From assembly GCA_965261545.1 (NCBI GenBank), contig CBDHDF010000002.1, forward strand, positions 608,001-672,000: a stretch of 64,000 nucleotides of DNA, read 5' to 3'. Both the position numbers and the translations under genes were made by a program. The notes beneath the pieces are model-generated. The model saw only the letters and a program-made list of their open reading frames with translations. It made no database searches and was not told where the DNA came from. Of the stretch, positions 1 through 10,619 are shown in pieces; within the stretch, counting starts at the first letter, position 1, and the number at the start of each line of letters is the position of its first letter. The DNA comes from Bdellovibrionales bacterium. Its GTDB lineage: Bacteria; Bdellovibrionota; Bdellovibrionia; Bdellovibrionales; UBA1609.

Positions 1-891
1 CCCTGTGTGAAGAAAGTTCTTAAAGGAAATCAGCGAATTTACACCCAATCTTTTGATCGAGCCATCCAATACTATGGATTTAAGGTTCTTCCCTGCCGCG
101 CAGGGAAGGGCTCTGACAAGGGAGATGTGGAGCGTGATATTCGAACCTTCAGTTCTCGGATAAAAAATATTGTTAGAAACAAAGGAATTGTTTTTAAAGA
201 CTGGGATCATTTGAATCAGTTTTTAGAGTCTTATATGGATCAGCATCAGAGTGACTCCACCAAATCTCGCTTTGAGGAGGAGGCCAAAGTTCTTAAGCCT
301 TTGCCTCCACGAGATGAAGATATTCTCTGTAAGGTGAATATTTGTCAAAGTAATGGTTATGGGACTTTGAGAATAGGTAAAACCACATATTCCATACCTG
401 ATGAGGTGATCCAATCTCCCTGTAAAACCGTACAGGGTCCCTATCATGTCACGATCTATCGTGCAGGAGGGAAGCAAGAAATTGTCGCTCGCCATCAAAG
501 AAAACCTGATGGGGAGCATAGTCTTCTTCTTGAACATATCCTTCCCTCTTTAGTTCGTAAGCCGCAAGCCATGGTAAGATGGGCTCACCGATCCATTCTT
601 TTTCCAACAAATGTGTTTGAAAATTTTTATCAATACCTCAAGCAACAAGATTCAAGCCGTGCCGAGCATGAATATTTAAGAGTTATCAACTTGATTCAGC
701 ATGTGAGTTGGCAGGACTTATCTACAGCCATGGAGCTTCAATTAGAAAGTCGTGAGATTTTCGACTTTAAATCCATAAAAGATTTGCTCTTAGGCAATCC
801 CACCAAAATTAATTTGAATGACCAACAAAAACCACTTCAACCTAGATTGTCTCAATATGACAGTCTTGTTCCAAACATAGGAGGTTCTTAA
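1..891 (+). CDS. istA: IS21 transposase IstA, C-terminal part (5' truncated by window)
   Basis: KGDVERDIR motif (third DDE residue region) and YSIP motif; stop overlaps the istB start (TAATG). Confidence 0.88.
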   Translation, partial: PCVKKVLKGNQRIYTQSFDRAIQYYGFKVLPCRAGKGSDKGDVERDIRTFSSRIKNIVRNKGIVFKDWDHLNQFLESYMDQHQSDSTKSRFEEEAKVLKPLPPRDEDILCKVNICQSNGYGTLRIGKTTYSIPDEVIQSPCKTVQGPYHVTIYRAGGKQEIVARHQRKPDGEHSLLLEHILPSLVRKPQAMVRWAHRSILFPTNVFENFYQYLKQQDSSRAEHEYLRVINLIQHVSWQDLSTAMELQLESREIFDFKSIKDLLLGNPTKINLNDQQKPLQPRLSQYDSLVPNIGGS

Positions 892-1673
892 TGAATCACG
901 AAGAACTTATAGGTTCTCTTAAAAAACTCCGACTTCCAGCGATGGCGGATGAATATGTTGCAACGGCTAGAGTTGCCGAAAAAACAAAAAAGACGTATGA
1001 ACAGTATTTAGGTATACTCGTTCAAAATGAGCTTGCTGACAAGCATTCCCAGAGAGTGAAAAGATTGCTTAAGGGGGCCAAGCTTCCTCAACTTAAATCA
1101 CTCCAAACTTATAACTTCCAGAAAAGAACGGGAGTGACAGCTCAGCAAATTAATTGGATGGCAGAGGGAGAGTGGGTCAGAAAAGCCTGTAATGTTGTGT
1201 TTTACGGAAGCTTTGGAATGGGGAAAAGTCATTTGGCCATGTCCCTAGTTCGTTCACTCTGTGAACAAGGCTATCGATGTTTATGGGTCACCACTCATGA
1301 ACTTATTGAAACAATGCGTGAAAGCAAGAAAGAACTCTCATTGAATGCTCTTTTTAAGAAATTAGACCGTTTTGATCTTATTGCTTGTGATGAACTTGGC
1401 TATACAGCTTCCTGCACAGAGGGGGCAGATCTTTTCTTTCAATTCATATCTCAGCGATATGAAAGGAAAAGTCTCATGATCACTACAAACTTAACTTACT
1501 CTGAATGGGATAAGGTGTTTCTTAACCCTATTACCACCGCTGCTGCTGTTGATCGAATTATTCACAACTGTGAAACCCTCAACATTGAAGGAAAAGAAAG
1601 TTGGAGAACCGAATCGGCAAAAGCCAAGTCTAAACAGAGCAAAGAGGAAAGTTCAACCAAAGAAGTTCATTAG
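891..1673 (+). CDS. istB: IS21 helper AAA+ ATPase IstB
   Basis: LKKLRLP N-terminus, Walker A GSFGMGKS, Walker B LIACDELGY, ITTN and AAVDRIIH motifs. Confidence 0.95.
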   Translation: MNHEELIGSLKKLRLPAMADEYVATARVAEKTKKTYEQYLGILVQNELADKHSQRVKRLLKGAKLPQLKSLQTYNFQKRTGVTAQQINWMAEGEWVRKACNVVFYGSFGMGKSHLAMSLVRSLCEQGYRCLWVTTHELIETMRESKKELSLNALFKKLDRFDLIACDELGYTASCTEGADLFFQFISQRYERKSLMITTNLTYSEWDKVFLNPITTAAAVDRIIHNCETLNIEGKESWRTESAKAKSKQSKEESSTKEVH

Positions 1674-1700
1674 AGATCCCCACTTTTGGGGAAGGAACTC

Positions 1701-1798
1701 GCCAGTTATCCACAAAATTTATCCACAGCAGCACTGCGTTGCTAGACATCGGGGTCACAGCCGCAGTGTCGCCATGGATAAATTTATGGATAACTGGC
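1701..1798. repeat. Long imperfect palindrome containing DnaA-box sequences
   Basis: GCCAGTTATCCACAAAATTTATCCACA...TGGATAAATTTATGGATAACTGGC; TTATCCACA at 1706-1714 and 1719-1727. Confidence 0.75.
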
Positions 1799-2558
1799 TT
1801 TTACCGTACTATTTGCTCGTCACTCTCGCGGAGCTTTAGACATTAGCTGCGCCAAGGAATCCTGAAAAATACTCCATTTACCTCTGCCATAGGGCTGAAG
1901 GATGCATTTGGGGTCATGCCAAAAGTGGTGGGCAGAAAATCATTCCTCAGAATCTTGTGGCATAGTCCGAGTTAAATGATGAGCAAAATAAAGACACTTG
2001 ACTAAACTCTGAACGAAGAATAACTAAATCAGTACATCATCAACTGGCCGTTTTTCATTGGCGACGGCTTCTAAAAATGGCCAATTTTAATTGGCGCCTA
2101 ACAATTTATAAGGTGTCCGCCTTAAACGGTAAACGGTAGTAGAGGTTAAATCCGTCTATGTAAACATTTGTTTTCAATTTTTTGAGCCTTAAAAAGAAAC
2201 GAAAGCGGCCCTTCAGCCGCCTCGCACTCGCACCTACCCAACGAACCAAGTAGGAATGTTACTTTACATCGGCTACTTGTTGGAAAAAGTCAATCCTTAA
2301 AACTCTATGACATAAGTCCATAGGCTAAATATTAAATAATTTCAAACACTTAGATGACTCGTGCGGTTAATCAAAAGCCTGGCCGCGACGGAGATGGGAG
2401 ATGCCATCGAAGAATTTACGGGCACATTCGATTTTCGATTTTGGTTTTCTCAATTTCGTGTAATTTAATTGTCGCTTAACATCGCCTAACAACATTGGAG
2501 CCCTCATTGCTTACTGTTTAAGAAATAGGAAGCCTAGCATCCAATTAGTGAGCATGAG

Positions 2559-2579
2559 GAAAGCCTTCTAAAGGCTTTC
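2559..2579. terminator. Hairpin downstream of DUF285 gene, possible terminator (also present in second unit)
   Basis: GAAAGCCTT-CTA-AAGGCTTTC; no U-tract follows it on the minus strand, so function is uncertain. Confidence 0.35.
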
Positions 2580-2619
2580 TAAAAAAACCGAAACTGGGAA
2601 GCTATCGTCGGAAAATACT

Positions 2620-4617
2620 TTAACCACCATCATCGACACTTTCATCGAGTCCACCGTCACTAATATTCCAACTACGATCTATGAGGGCGCTTCGTGCATC
2701 AATAGCACTACTATTGTATTTTGAGTTTCCACCATGGAGTGAAATATCATTCTGCTGTGAGGTGGTGTGGATTTGATTGAGTAGGCTGCTGTATATTGTC
2801 GTGGGAAGAGTGAGTCCTTCAAGCATGTGACTCATCTTTGTGACGTTACGGAAATTCCATTGGGTCATATCGGGTTGAGCCACTGGGGCTTGCCTAAACA
2901 TAGAACTCATGTTTGTGACATTGGAGACATCCCAACCTCTGACGTCGGGATTGGCAACACCTGCCCCAGTAAACATCTCTTCCATGGTTGTGACGTTGGA
3001 TGTATTCCAACCGCTAACATCGGGATTGGCAGCCCTTGTCTCATAAAACATAGCACTCATGTTTGTGACATTGGATGTATCCCAACCACTGACATCGGGA
3101 TTGGTAACATCTGCCCCAGAAAACATATATTCCATGTTTGTGACATTGGAGACATCCCAACCGCTGACATCGGGATTGGCAACATCTGTCCTACTAAACA
3201 TAAAACCCATGTCTGTGACATTGGAGACATTCCAAAGGCTTACGTCGGGATTGGCAACATCTGCCCCATCAAACATATAATTCATGTCTGTGACATTGGA
3301 GACATCCCAACCGCTGACATCGGGATTGGCAACATCTGCCTCATAAAACATATCTTCCATGTTTGTGACATTGGAGACATCCCAACCGCTGACATCGGGA
3401 TTGGCAGTTGCCGTCTCTTCAAACATAGAACCCATGTCTGTCACCTTGGATGTATCCCAACCTCCAATGTCGAGATGAATAGATTCTGTATATCCAAACA
3501 TAGAACTCATGTCTGTAACTCCAGAAACATTTCCTCCACTTAGATACTCAATGGCCTTGCATTGCCTAAAGGCTCCTTTTAAACTCCGCCACCCCACATC
3601 ACCAAGATCTTTCACAGAGATGAGTTTTAACCTATGTGCTGTAGCCTCGTTATCGAAATTCCAAGCCTCAAGGGTCCCCGAAATGCTGACAGTGTAATCT
3701 CCAGCTTCGGCGTAGATATGAGTGATATCGCTGTCATCATGGGACGTGATCTCACTGGAGGAATCATCCCCCCAATCCACAGTAAAATTATACTTGTATC
3801 CTGAGGGCAAGGGGAGAGCGATGGCTTCACTTGCTTGAGAAGTTCTCCAAACAGAGACAAAGAAAGAAAACCCTCCATCGTTGATATTCCACCCTCGTTC
3901 TTTTAAGAGTTGTCGGATACTTTCGGAACGGCTGTCGTACTTAGAGTTCCCCACATCCAATGTGAAACTTTCCTGGGTGGAGGTTTCATAAAGCTGCTGA
4001 AGGAGTGTGTTATAGACCACTGTGGGAAGGGTAACTTCATTGAAAGTCTCATCCATTTTTGCCAAAAGAGCGAAATTCCATCCACTGAAGTCGATTTTCT
4101 TTATAGAAGTCGCCCCTTTAAACATGCGATCCATGTTTGTGACATTGGAGACGTCTCCTCCTCCGACTTGACGAAGGTTGCTGCAACCCTCAAAGGCTCC
4201 CTCTAAGTTGATCCACCCCATATTCCCTAAGTCGGTTACAGAAATGAGTTTGTCTTTGCTCCCACTGTTGTTGAAATACCAAGCCTCAAGCTCCCCCGAA
4301 ATAGTGACGATGTGGTCTCCAGACTCGGCATAGGTATGAGTGATATCGCTGTCATCATGGGATGTGATTTCATTAGAGGCACCATCACCCCAGTCCACAG
4401 TGAAATTATAATTATACCCTGGTCGCAACGGAAGAGTGATGGACTCATTTTCACTGGACAAACGCCACACAGAGATAAAGGGAGAAGTTGCCTCAGAAGC
4501 TGCCACAGGAGTAGTTTGCTCTGTATCACCACAGCCTAAAAAACTCGCCATGATGAGTCCAACAGAGAGACCCATGGTGAGTAAAGGTAGGGCTGCAAAA
4601 GTTTGTAATGGAGTCAA
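2620..4617 (-). CDS. DUF285/BspA-like repeat surface lipoprotein with two PKD-like modules
   Basis: TTG start after GGAGGAGGT; lipobox FLGC; two YNFTVDWGD...THxY..SG modules; nine 25-aa WDxSNVTxMxxMF repeats. Confidence 0.88.
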   Translation of the reverse strand: MTPLQTFAALPLLTMGLSVGLIMASFLGCGDTEQTTPVAASEATSPFISVWRLSSENESITLPLRPGYNYNFTVDWGDGASNEITSHDDSDITHTYAESGDHIVTISGELEAWYFNNSGSKDKLISVTDLGNMGWINLEGAFEGCSNLRQVGGGDVSNVTNMDRMFKGATSIKKIDFSGWNFALLAKMDETFNEVTLPTVVYNTLLQQLYETSTQESFTLDVGNSKYDSRSESIRQLLKERGWNINDGGFSFFVSVWRTSQASEAIALPLPSGYKYNFTVDWGDDSSSEITSHDDSDITHIYAEAGDYTVSISGTLEAWNFDNEATAHRLKLISVKDLGDVGWRSLKGAFRQCKAIEYLSGGNVSGVTDMSSMFGYTESIHLDIGGWDTSKVTDMGSMFEETATANPDVSGWDVSNVTNMEDMFYEADVANPDVSGWDVSNVTDMNYMFDGADVANPDVSLWNVSNVTDMGFMFSRTDVANPDVSGWDVSNVTNMEYMFSGADVTNPDVSGWDTSNVTNMSAMFYETRAANPDVSGWNTSNVTTMEEMFTGAGVANPDVRGWDVSNVTNMSSMFRQAPVAQPDMTQWNFRNVTKMSHMLEGLTLPTTIYSSLLNQIHTTSQQNDISLHGGNSKYNSSAIDARSALIDRSWNISDGGLDESVDDGG

Positions 4618-4775
4618 AGCTTACCTCCTCCGCTCATATTTTCTTCTTCTCACCTTGATATAAGAATATATAATATATTATATGTGCACTCTGGTTAAGG
4701 TGAAAACGCTGACTTAAATTTATGGACTTTATGCCTGTAAACGGAACTCTAAACCAATCCATATCATCTCTGGAT

Positions 4776-4878
4776 GTATCTATTCAGGGGGGCATGAGTT
4801 TACAGAGAGAGATTTATATTTTCTCTGATAAGAAGGAGCAATTTACCTCTTGAACTCTGCTACCCCCTGAACAGTTAC
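4776..4878. mobile_element. 103-bp MITE with IS66-like ends
   Basis: Ends GTATCTATTCAGGGGG / CCCCCTGAACAGTTAC; 8-bp TSD CTCTGGAT (4768-4775, 4879-4886); empty site at 7809-7816 in the paralogous unit. Confidence 0.88.
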
Positions 4879-4950
4879 CTCTGGATCATCATCAAAAACT
4901 AAGACCTTTTGTAAGTACTCATTTTATTCTCCCCTTCATGTAAGCCTCAA

Positions 4951-5178
4951 CATCGACACTTTTCATCGAGTCCACCGTCACTAATACTCCAACGACGATC
5001 TATGAGGGCGCTTCGTGCATCAATGGCACTACTATTGTACTTTGAATTTCCACCATGGAATGAGATATTATTCTGTTGTGAGGTGGTATGGATTTGGTTG
5101 AGCAGGCTGCTGTATATTGCCGTGGGAAGGGTGAGTTCTTCAAGCATGTTACTCATCTTTGTGGCACTACGGAAATTC
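4951..5178 (-). pseudogene. 3' fragment of DUF285 lipoprotein gene
   Basis: Matches the last ~75 codons of the full genes, has a 1-nt insertion near the 3' end, and stops abruptly at TGCGACGTCGAAATTAGGCC. Confidence 0.85.
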
Positions 5179-5817
5179 TGCGACGTCGAAATTAGGCCCT
5201 TTTTTGTTGAAAAAGTCGGATATAGCCATAATGGCTGTAAAGTCTTTATTTTAATAATATCATGGGGCTTTGTAAGGACTATATCTAGTAGTTCTTTTAT
5301 ATTAAGCCATTTATAAGGTGTCCGCCTTAAACGGTAAACGGTAGTAGAGGTTAAATCCGTCTATGTAAACATTTGTTTTCAATTTTTTGAGCCTTAAAAA
5401 GAAACGAAAGCGGCCCTTCAGCCGCCTCGCACTCGCACCTACCCAACGAACCAAGTAGGAATGTTACTTTACATCGGCTACTTGTTGGAAAAAGTCAATC
5501 CTTAAAACTCTATGACATAAGTTCATAGGCTAAATATTAAATAATTTCAAACACTTAGATGACTCGTGCGGTTAATCAAAAGCCTGGCCGCGACGGAGAT
5601 GCCATCGAAGAATTTACGGGCACATTCGATTTTCGATTTTGGTTTTCTCAATTTCGCGTAATTTAATTGTCGCTTAACATCGCCTAACAACATTGGAGCC
5701 CTCATTGCTTACTGTTTAAGAAATAGGAAGCCTAGCATCCAATTAGTGAGCATGAGGAAAGCCTTCTAAAGGCTTTCTAAAAAAACCGAAACTGGGAAGC
5801 TATCGTCGGAAAATACT

Positions 5818-7656
5818 TTAACCACCATCATCGACACTTTCATCGAGTCCATCGTCACTAATACTCCAACGACGATCTATGAGGGCGCTTCGTGCATCAA
5901 TAGCACTACTATTGTATTTTGAATTTCCACCATGGAATGAGATATCATTCTGTTGTGAGGTGGTATGGATTTGGTTGAGCAGGCTGCTGTATATTGCCGT
6001 GGGAAGGGTAAGTCCTTCAAACATATTATCCATCCTTGTGACACTAAGGAAATTCCATTGAGTCATATCGGGTTGAGCCATTGGGGTTTGCTTAAACATA
6101 GAACTCATGTCTGTGACTTTAGATGTATCCCAAGCACTGACATCGGGGTTGGCAACACCTGCGAGTGTAAACATAGATTCCATGTTTATGACGTTGGATG
6201 TATCCCAACCGCTGACATCGGGATTGGCAACATCTGTCCTACTAAACATAAAACCCATGTCTGTGACATTGGAGACATTCCAAAGGCTTACGTCGGGATT
6301 GGCAACATCTGCCCCATCAAACATATAATTCATGTCTGTGACATTGGAGACATCCCAACCGCTGACATCTGGATTGGCAACATCTGCCTCATAAAACATA
6401 TCTTCCATGTTTGTGACATTGGAGACATCCCAACCGCTGACATCGGGATTGGCAGTTGCCGTCTCTTCAAACATAGAACCCATGTCTGTCACCTTGGATG
6501 TATCCCAACCTCCAACGTCGAGATGAATAGATTCTGCATATCCAAACATAGAACTCATATCTGTAACCCCAGAAACATTTCCTCCACTTAGATACTCAAG
6601 GGCCTTGCATTGCCTAAAGGCTCCTTTTAAACTCCGCCACCCCACATCACCAAGATCTTTCACAGAGATGAGTTGTAACCTATGTGTTGTAGCCTCGCTA
6701 TCGAAATTCCAAGCTTCAAGGGTCCCCGAAATGGTGACAGTGTAATCTCCAGCTTCGGCGTAGATATGAGTGATATCGCTGTCATCATGGGACGTGATTT
6801 CGCTGGAGGAATCATCCCCCCAATCCACAGTAAAATTATACTTGTATCCTGAGGGCAAGGGGAGAGCAATGGCTTCACTTGTTTGAGAAGTTCTCCAAAC
6901 AGAGACAAAGAAAGAGAACCCTCCATCACTGATACTCCACCCTCGTTCTTTTAAGAGTTGTCGGATATTTTCGGAACGGCTGTCGTACTTAGAGTTCCCC
7001 ATATCCAATGTGAAATTTTCATGGGTGGAGGTTTCATAAAGTCGCTGAAGGAGTGTGTTATAGACCCCTGTGGGAAGGGTGACTTCACTGAAAGTCTCAT
7101 CCATCTTTGCCAAAAGAGCAAAATTCCATCCACTGAAGTCTATTTTCTTTATAGAAGCCGCCCCTTTAAACATGCGATCCATGTTTGTGACATTGGAGAC
7201 GTCTCCTCCTCCGACTTGACGAAGGTTGCTGCAACCCTCAAAGGCTCCCTCTAAGTTGAGCCACCCCATGTTCCCTAAGTCGGTCACAGAAATAAGTTTG
7301 TTTTTGCTCCCACTGTTGTTGAAATACCAAGCCTCAAGCTCCCCCGAAATAGTGACGGTGTGGTCTCCAGACTCGGCATAGGTATGAGTGATATCGCTGT
7401 CATCATGGGATGTGATTTCACTAGAGGCACCATCACCCCAATCCACAGTGAAATTATAATTATACCCTGATCGCAACGGAAGAGTGATGGACTCATTTTC
7501 ATTGGACAAACGCCACACAGAGATAAAGGAAGAAGCTGCCACAGAAGCAGTTTTCTCATCACCACAGCCTAAAAGATTCGCCATGATGAGGCCAACAGAG
7601 AGACCCATGGTAAGTAAAGGCAGGGTGCATCTTGCAAAAGTTTGTAATGAAGTCAA
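5818..7656 (-). CDS. DUF285/BspA-like repeat surface lipoprotein (paralog, seven repeats)
   Basis: Lipobox LLGC; same architecture as 2620-4617 with two fewer 25-aa repeats. Confidence 0.88.
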   Translation of the reverse strand: MTSLQTFARCTLPLLTMGLSVGLIMANLLGCGDEKTASVAASSFISVWRLSNENESITLPLRSGYNYNFTVDWGDGASSEITSHDDSDITHTYAESGDHTVTISGELEAWYFNNSGSKNKLISVTDLGNMGWLNLEGAFEGCSNLRQVGGGDVSNVTNMDRMFKGAASIKKIDFSGWNFALLAKMDETFSEVTLPTGVYNTLLQRLYETSTHENFTLDMGNSKYDSRSENIRQLLKERGWSISDGGFSFFVSVWRTSQTSEAIALPLPSGYKYNFTVDWGDDSSSEITSHDDSDITHIYAEAGDYTVTISGTLEAWNFDSEATTHRLQLISVKDLGDVGWRSLKGAFRQCKALEYLSGGNVSGVTDMSSMFGYAESIHLDVGGWDTSKVTDMGSMFEETATANPDVSGWDVSNVTNMEDMFYEADVANPDVSGWDVSNVTDMNYMFDGADVANPDVSLWNVSNVTDMGFMFSRTDVANPDVSGWDTSNVINMESMFTLAGVANPDVSAWDTSKVTDMSSMFKQTPMAQPDMTQWNFLSVTRMDNMFEGLTLPTAIYSSLLNQIHTTSQQNDISFHGGNSKYNSSAIDARSALIDRRWSISDDGLDESVDDGG

Positions 7657-7881
7657 AGCTTACCTCCTCCGCTCATATTTTCTTCTTCTCATCTTGATAT
7701 AAGAATATGTAATATATATTATATGTACACTCTGGTTAAGGTGAAAACGCTGACTTGGATTTATGGACTTTATGCCTGTAAACGGAATTCTAAACTCATC
7801 CAAATCATCTCTGGATCATCATCAAAAACTTAAGACCTTTTGTAAGTACTCATTTTATTCTCCCCTTCATGTAAGCCTCAA

Positions 7882-8108
7882 CATCGACACTTTCATCGAG
7901 TCCACCGTCACTAATACTCCAACTACGATCTATGAGGGTGCTTCGTGCATCAATGGCACTACTATTGTATTTTGAATTTCCACCATGGAATGAGATATTA
8001 TTCTGTTGTGAGGTGCTATGGATTTGGTTGAGCAGGCTGCTGTATATTGCCGTGGGAAGAGTGAGTCCTTCAAGCATGTTACTCATCTTTGTGGCACTAC
8101 GGCAATTC
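7882..8108 (-). pseudogene. 3' fragment of DUF285 lipoprotein gene
   Basis: Second copy of the C-terminal cap fragment, same breakpoint as 4951-5178. Confidence 0.85.
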
Positions 8109-8395
8109 TGCGGCGTCGAAATTAGGCCCATTTTTTGTTGATAAAGTCGGATATACCCATTTTATTGAGAGTGGTCCAAGTCAAAACGATTTTATAATAA
8201 ATTTATTTTTTATGTATTTTTTTGATCACAGACCCTTATCATTTAATTTTATTCAACCGAGTGATGAGTATAAACTTTAATAAGTGAACTCATGAATGTT
8301 TCTGGATCAACAACAAATGCAAATCCAAATTATTGATGGAATATTTTTCTATCATAATGATGGGTGTCTAAAAAAATGAGAAGGAAGCAACAACT

Positions 8396-10408
8396 ATGAA
8401 TAAAACAAAAAATGTATCATCTAAAAACAATTACTTTTACTTTTTATTTAGCTTATCTTTGATTCTTTTTGTGGGTTTAGGTTGCAAGGATCGTTCTAGT
8501 AAAAGACAAGAAAGAAAGCTTGTTGAACCACCCCCCATTGAAAATCCCGTCGACCCTCCCTCTGAATCCTCCCCTGGAAACAGTGAAAACAACACCCCTG
8601 GAAGCAACCCTGGGAACAGTGAAAACAGCAACTCTGAAAATACTGAGAACAACTCTGGTGGTACCACCACTCAAGCGTCCACACTGAGTATCAACGCACA
8701 ATTACCCCCCATTTCTTCAAACAATGTAGGAGCCTACACTGTAGGAGGAACCTGTAATTCAAGCACAACAGAAAGTGTATCTATATTCATTGAAGAACTT
8801 AAAACCAATCCTGTAGAAGTCTCTTGTGATTCCAATTCCTTTACAGGAACAATCGACGCAAGAGGGGTCGTTTCTCAAATAGCTACCATCAAAGTCACCC
8901 ATGGAAATGAGAACACAAGTGCTGAAGTTAATAATAGTATCACTTTTTCTGCGACACTGAAATTTCTATCATTGCCTCCACTTTCTTCCGATAACATGAA
9001 TCAATATATTATAAGTGGAACTTGTGACCCAAGCCTTGGAAATGTCACAATTATTATTGGGAAACCAAATGTAGAAAAAGATTTACCTTGTGATTCAAGA
9101 AATACATTTTTAGGAAATTTGAATGTAGAAAACGTATCATCCCATCCATCTGCTATTCAAGCAAGTCAAACTCAAGGAAGTACAATCGTTTCTTCCATGG
9201 ATAATAATATTAATCTCTTTGTAACAAAATGGAATTTTCCAAGTAATTTTGAATTCACTATACCTCTTAAAAATAAGTCATCATTAAGATATAACTTTAC
9301 TGTGGACTGGGGAGATAATACTAGCGTCAGTGAAGTTACATCTTTCGATGATCCAGATAAAGTACATACCTATCAAAACACCGGAGTATATACAATCAAG
9401 ATCCAAGGCACATGCGAAGGATTCCAAAACACCTTAGAATCCACAAAAGAGCGTTTGCTAGAGGTGGTCAACTTAGGAAATATGGGATGGAAAGATCTCT
9501 CTGAAGCTTTTCAGAGAAATATTTTTCTCTCAAATGTTTTTGGAGGAAATACATCCAATGTCACCAATATGAAGGGCATGTTTAGCTATACTCAAAAGGC
9601 GAATCCAAACACCGAAGGTTGGGACACTTCTAAGGTCACAGATATGTCTTATATGTTTGATATTGCTCAGGGGGCCAACCCAGATACCAGTGGTTGGGAT
9701 ACTTCCAAAGTGACAAATATGGGAGCTATGTTTCGGGTTGCTCAGAAGGCCAACCCAGAGACCAGTGGTTGGGATACTTCTAAGGTCACAGACATGAGAG
9801 CTATGTTTGCTCTGATCTCCAAAGAAGCCAACCCCGATGTCAGTCAATGGAATACTTCTAGGGTCAAAAATATGAGAGCTATGTTTTATGAATCCGTGAA
9901 AGCAAACCCAAATACAAGCCAATGGGATACCTCCAAAGTTTTGGATATGGCAGAGATGTTTTATGGTGCCACTGAGGCGAATCCGGATGTAAGTCAATGG
10001 GATATTTCCGGAGTCCAGGATATGTCATCCATGTTTCACAATGCCACCAATGCAAATCCAGATGTAAGTCAATGGAAGACTGGACTTCTCATGAATGTGT
10101 CAAATATGTTTCACAATGCCAGCAATGCAAATCCAGATACAAGTAGCTGGGCCTTTCCAGTCCTCAGATATCCTTTAGATAATATGTTTCTATCATCAGG
10201 ATTGTCTGTTGAAAATTATTCAAAATTTTTAATAAGTATCAATAAAAGGAAACTTAGAGGTCTTCCTGGCTACTATTCCCCTCCAAGCACTAAGAATATC
10301 AATGTAAACACATTGCAATACAACTCCAGTGCTAAAGCCGCCCGTGAAAGCTTAATAAGTAAAGGGTGGACCATTACAGATGGAGATCTTGAGGAGAATA
10401 GTCAGTAG
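8396..10408 (+). CDS. DUF285/BspA-like repeat surface lipoprotein with P/S/N/E-rich linker
   Basis: Lipobox GLGC; low-complexity linker; two ISGTC-type Ig-like segments; YNFTVDWGD module; WDTSKVTDMxxMF repeats. Confidence 0.85.
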   Translation: MNKTKNVSSKNNYFYFLFSLSLILFVGLGCKDRSSKRQERKLVEPPPIENPVDPPSESSPGNSENNTPGSNPGNSENSNSENTENNSGGTTTQASTLSINAQLPPISSNNVGAYTVGGTCNSSTTESVSIFIEELKTNPVEVSCDSNSFTGTIDARGVVSQIATIKVTHGNENTSAEVNNSITFSATLKFLSLPPLSSDNMNQYIISGTCDPSLGNVTIIIGKPNVEKDLPCDSRNTFLGNLNVENVSSHPSAIQASQTQGSTIVSSMDNNINLFVTKWNFPSNFEFTIPLKNKSSLRYNFTVDWGDNTSVSEVTSFDDPDKVHTYQNTGVYTIKIQGTCEGFQNTLESTKERLLEVVNLGNMGWKDLSEAFQRNIFLSNVFGGNTSNVTNMKGMFSYTQKANPNTEGWDTSKVTDMSYMFDIAQGANPDTSGWDTSKVTNMGAMFRVAQKANPETSGWDTSKVTDMRAMFALISKEANPDVSQWNTSRVKNMRAMFYESVKANPNTSQWDTSKVLDMAEMFYGATEANPDVSQWDISGVQDMSSMFHNATNANPDVSQWKTGLLMNVSNMFHNASNANPDTSSWAFPVLRYPLDNMFLSSGLSVENYSKFLISINKRKLRGLPGYYSPPSTKNINVNTLQYNSSAKAARESLISKGWTITDGDLEENSQ

Positions 10409-10568
10409 CTGTTAGGCGACAGTAGCTACCTGAAATTTCCTTTTTGGGATTTCAGGAAGTAAGAGCGTACCCACTCATCGAGTCTCGGACTGGCTTTCAT
10501 AGATGCCTTATATGTAGCGAGAGAGAGAGAAATATATAGGATCTCATTTTATCTTATAAAGTCTCATT

Positions 10569-10619
10569 GTAACATTCATGGGCGTGGGTGGGGAAGCAAG
10601 GCGCCCCCATGAATGTTAC
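10569..10619. mobile_element. 51-bp ends-only mini-element, IS66-like
   Basis: Perfect 14-bp TIR GTAACATTCATGGG; 8-bp TSD GTCTCATT (10561-10568, 10620-10627); right part recurs at ~34342-34371. Confidence 0.82.

Larger units (their letters stand above)
1..2103 (+). mobile_element. IS21-family insertion sequence (left part outside window)
   Basis: istA-istB pair. Right end with repeated subterminal motifs finishes ...TTTTAATTGGCGCCTAACA at 2103. The flank after 2103 (ATTTATAAGGTG...) recurs without the IS at 5309. Confidence 0.9.
2104..8160. repeat. Tandem segmental duplication (units ~2104-5308 and ~5309-8160)
   Basis: Near-identical intergenic DNA, DUF285 gene, upstream region and gene fragment in both units. 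Confidence 0.92.

Noticed and set aside
2390..2403. 7-bp tandem duplication GGAGATG absent from the second unit
   Set aside because: Could be an excision footprint or slippage; too little evidence to interpret.
2860..3520. Regular 75-bp repeats as a CRISPR array
   Set aside because: They are in-frame coding repeats with no unique spacers and no cas genes.
4951..8108. DUF285 3' fragments as diversity-generating retroelement template repeats
   Set aside because: Differences from the genes are mostly ordinary transitions, not adenine-specific, and there is no reverse transcriptase in the window.
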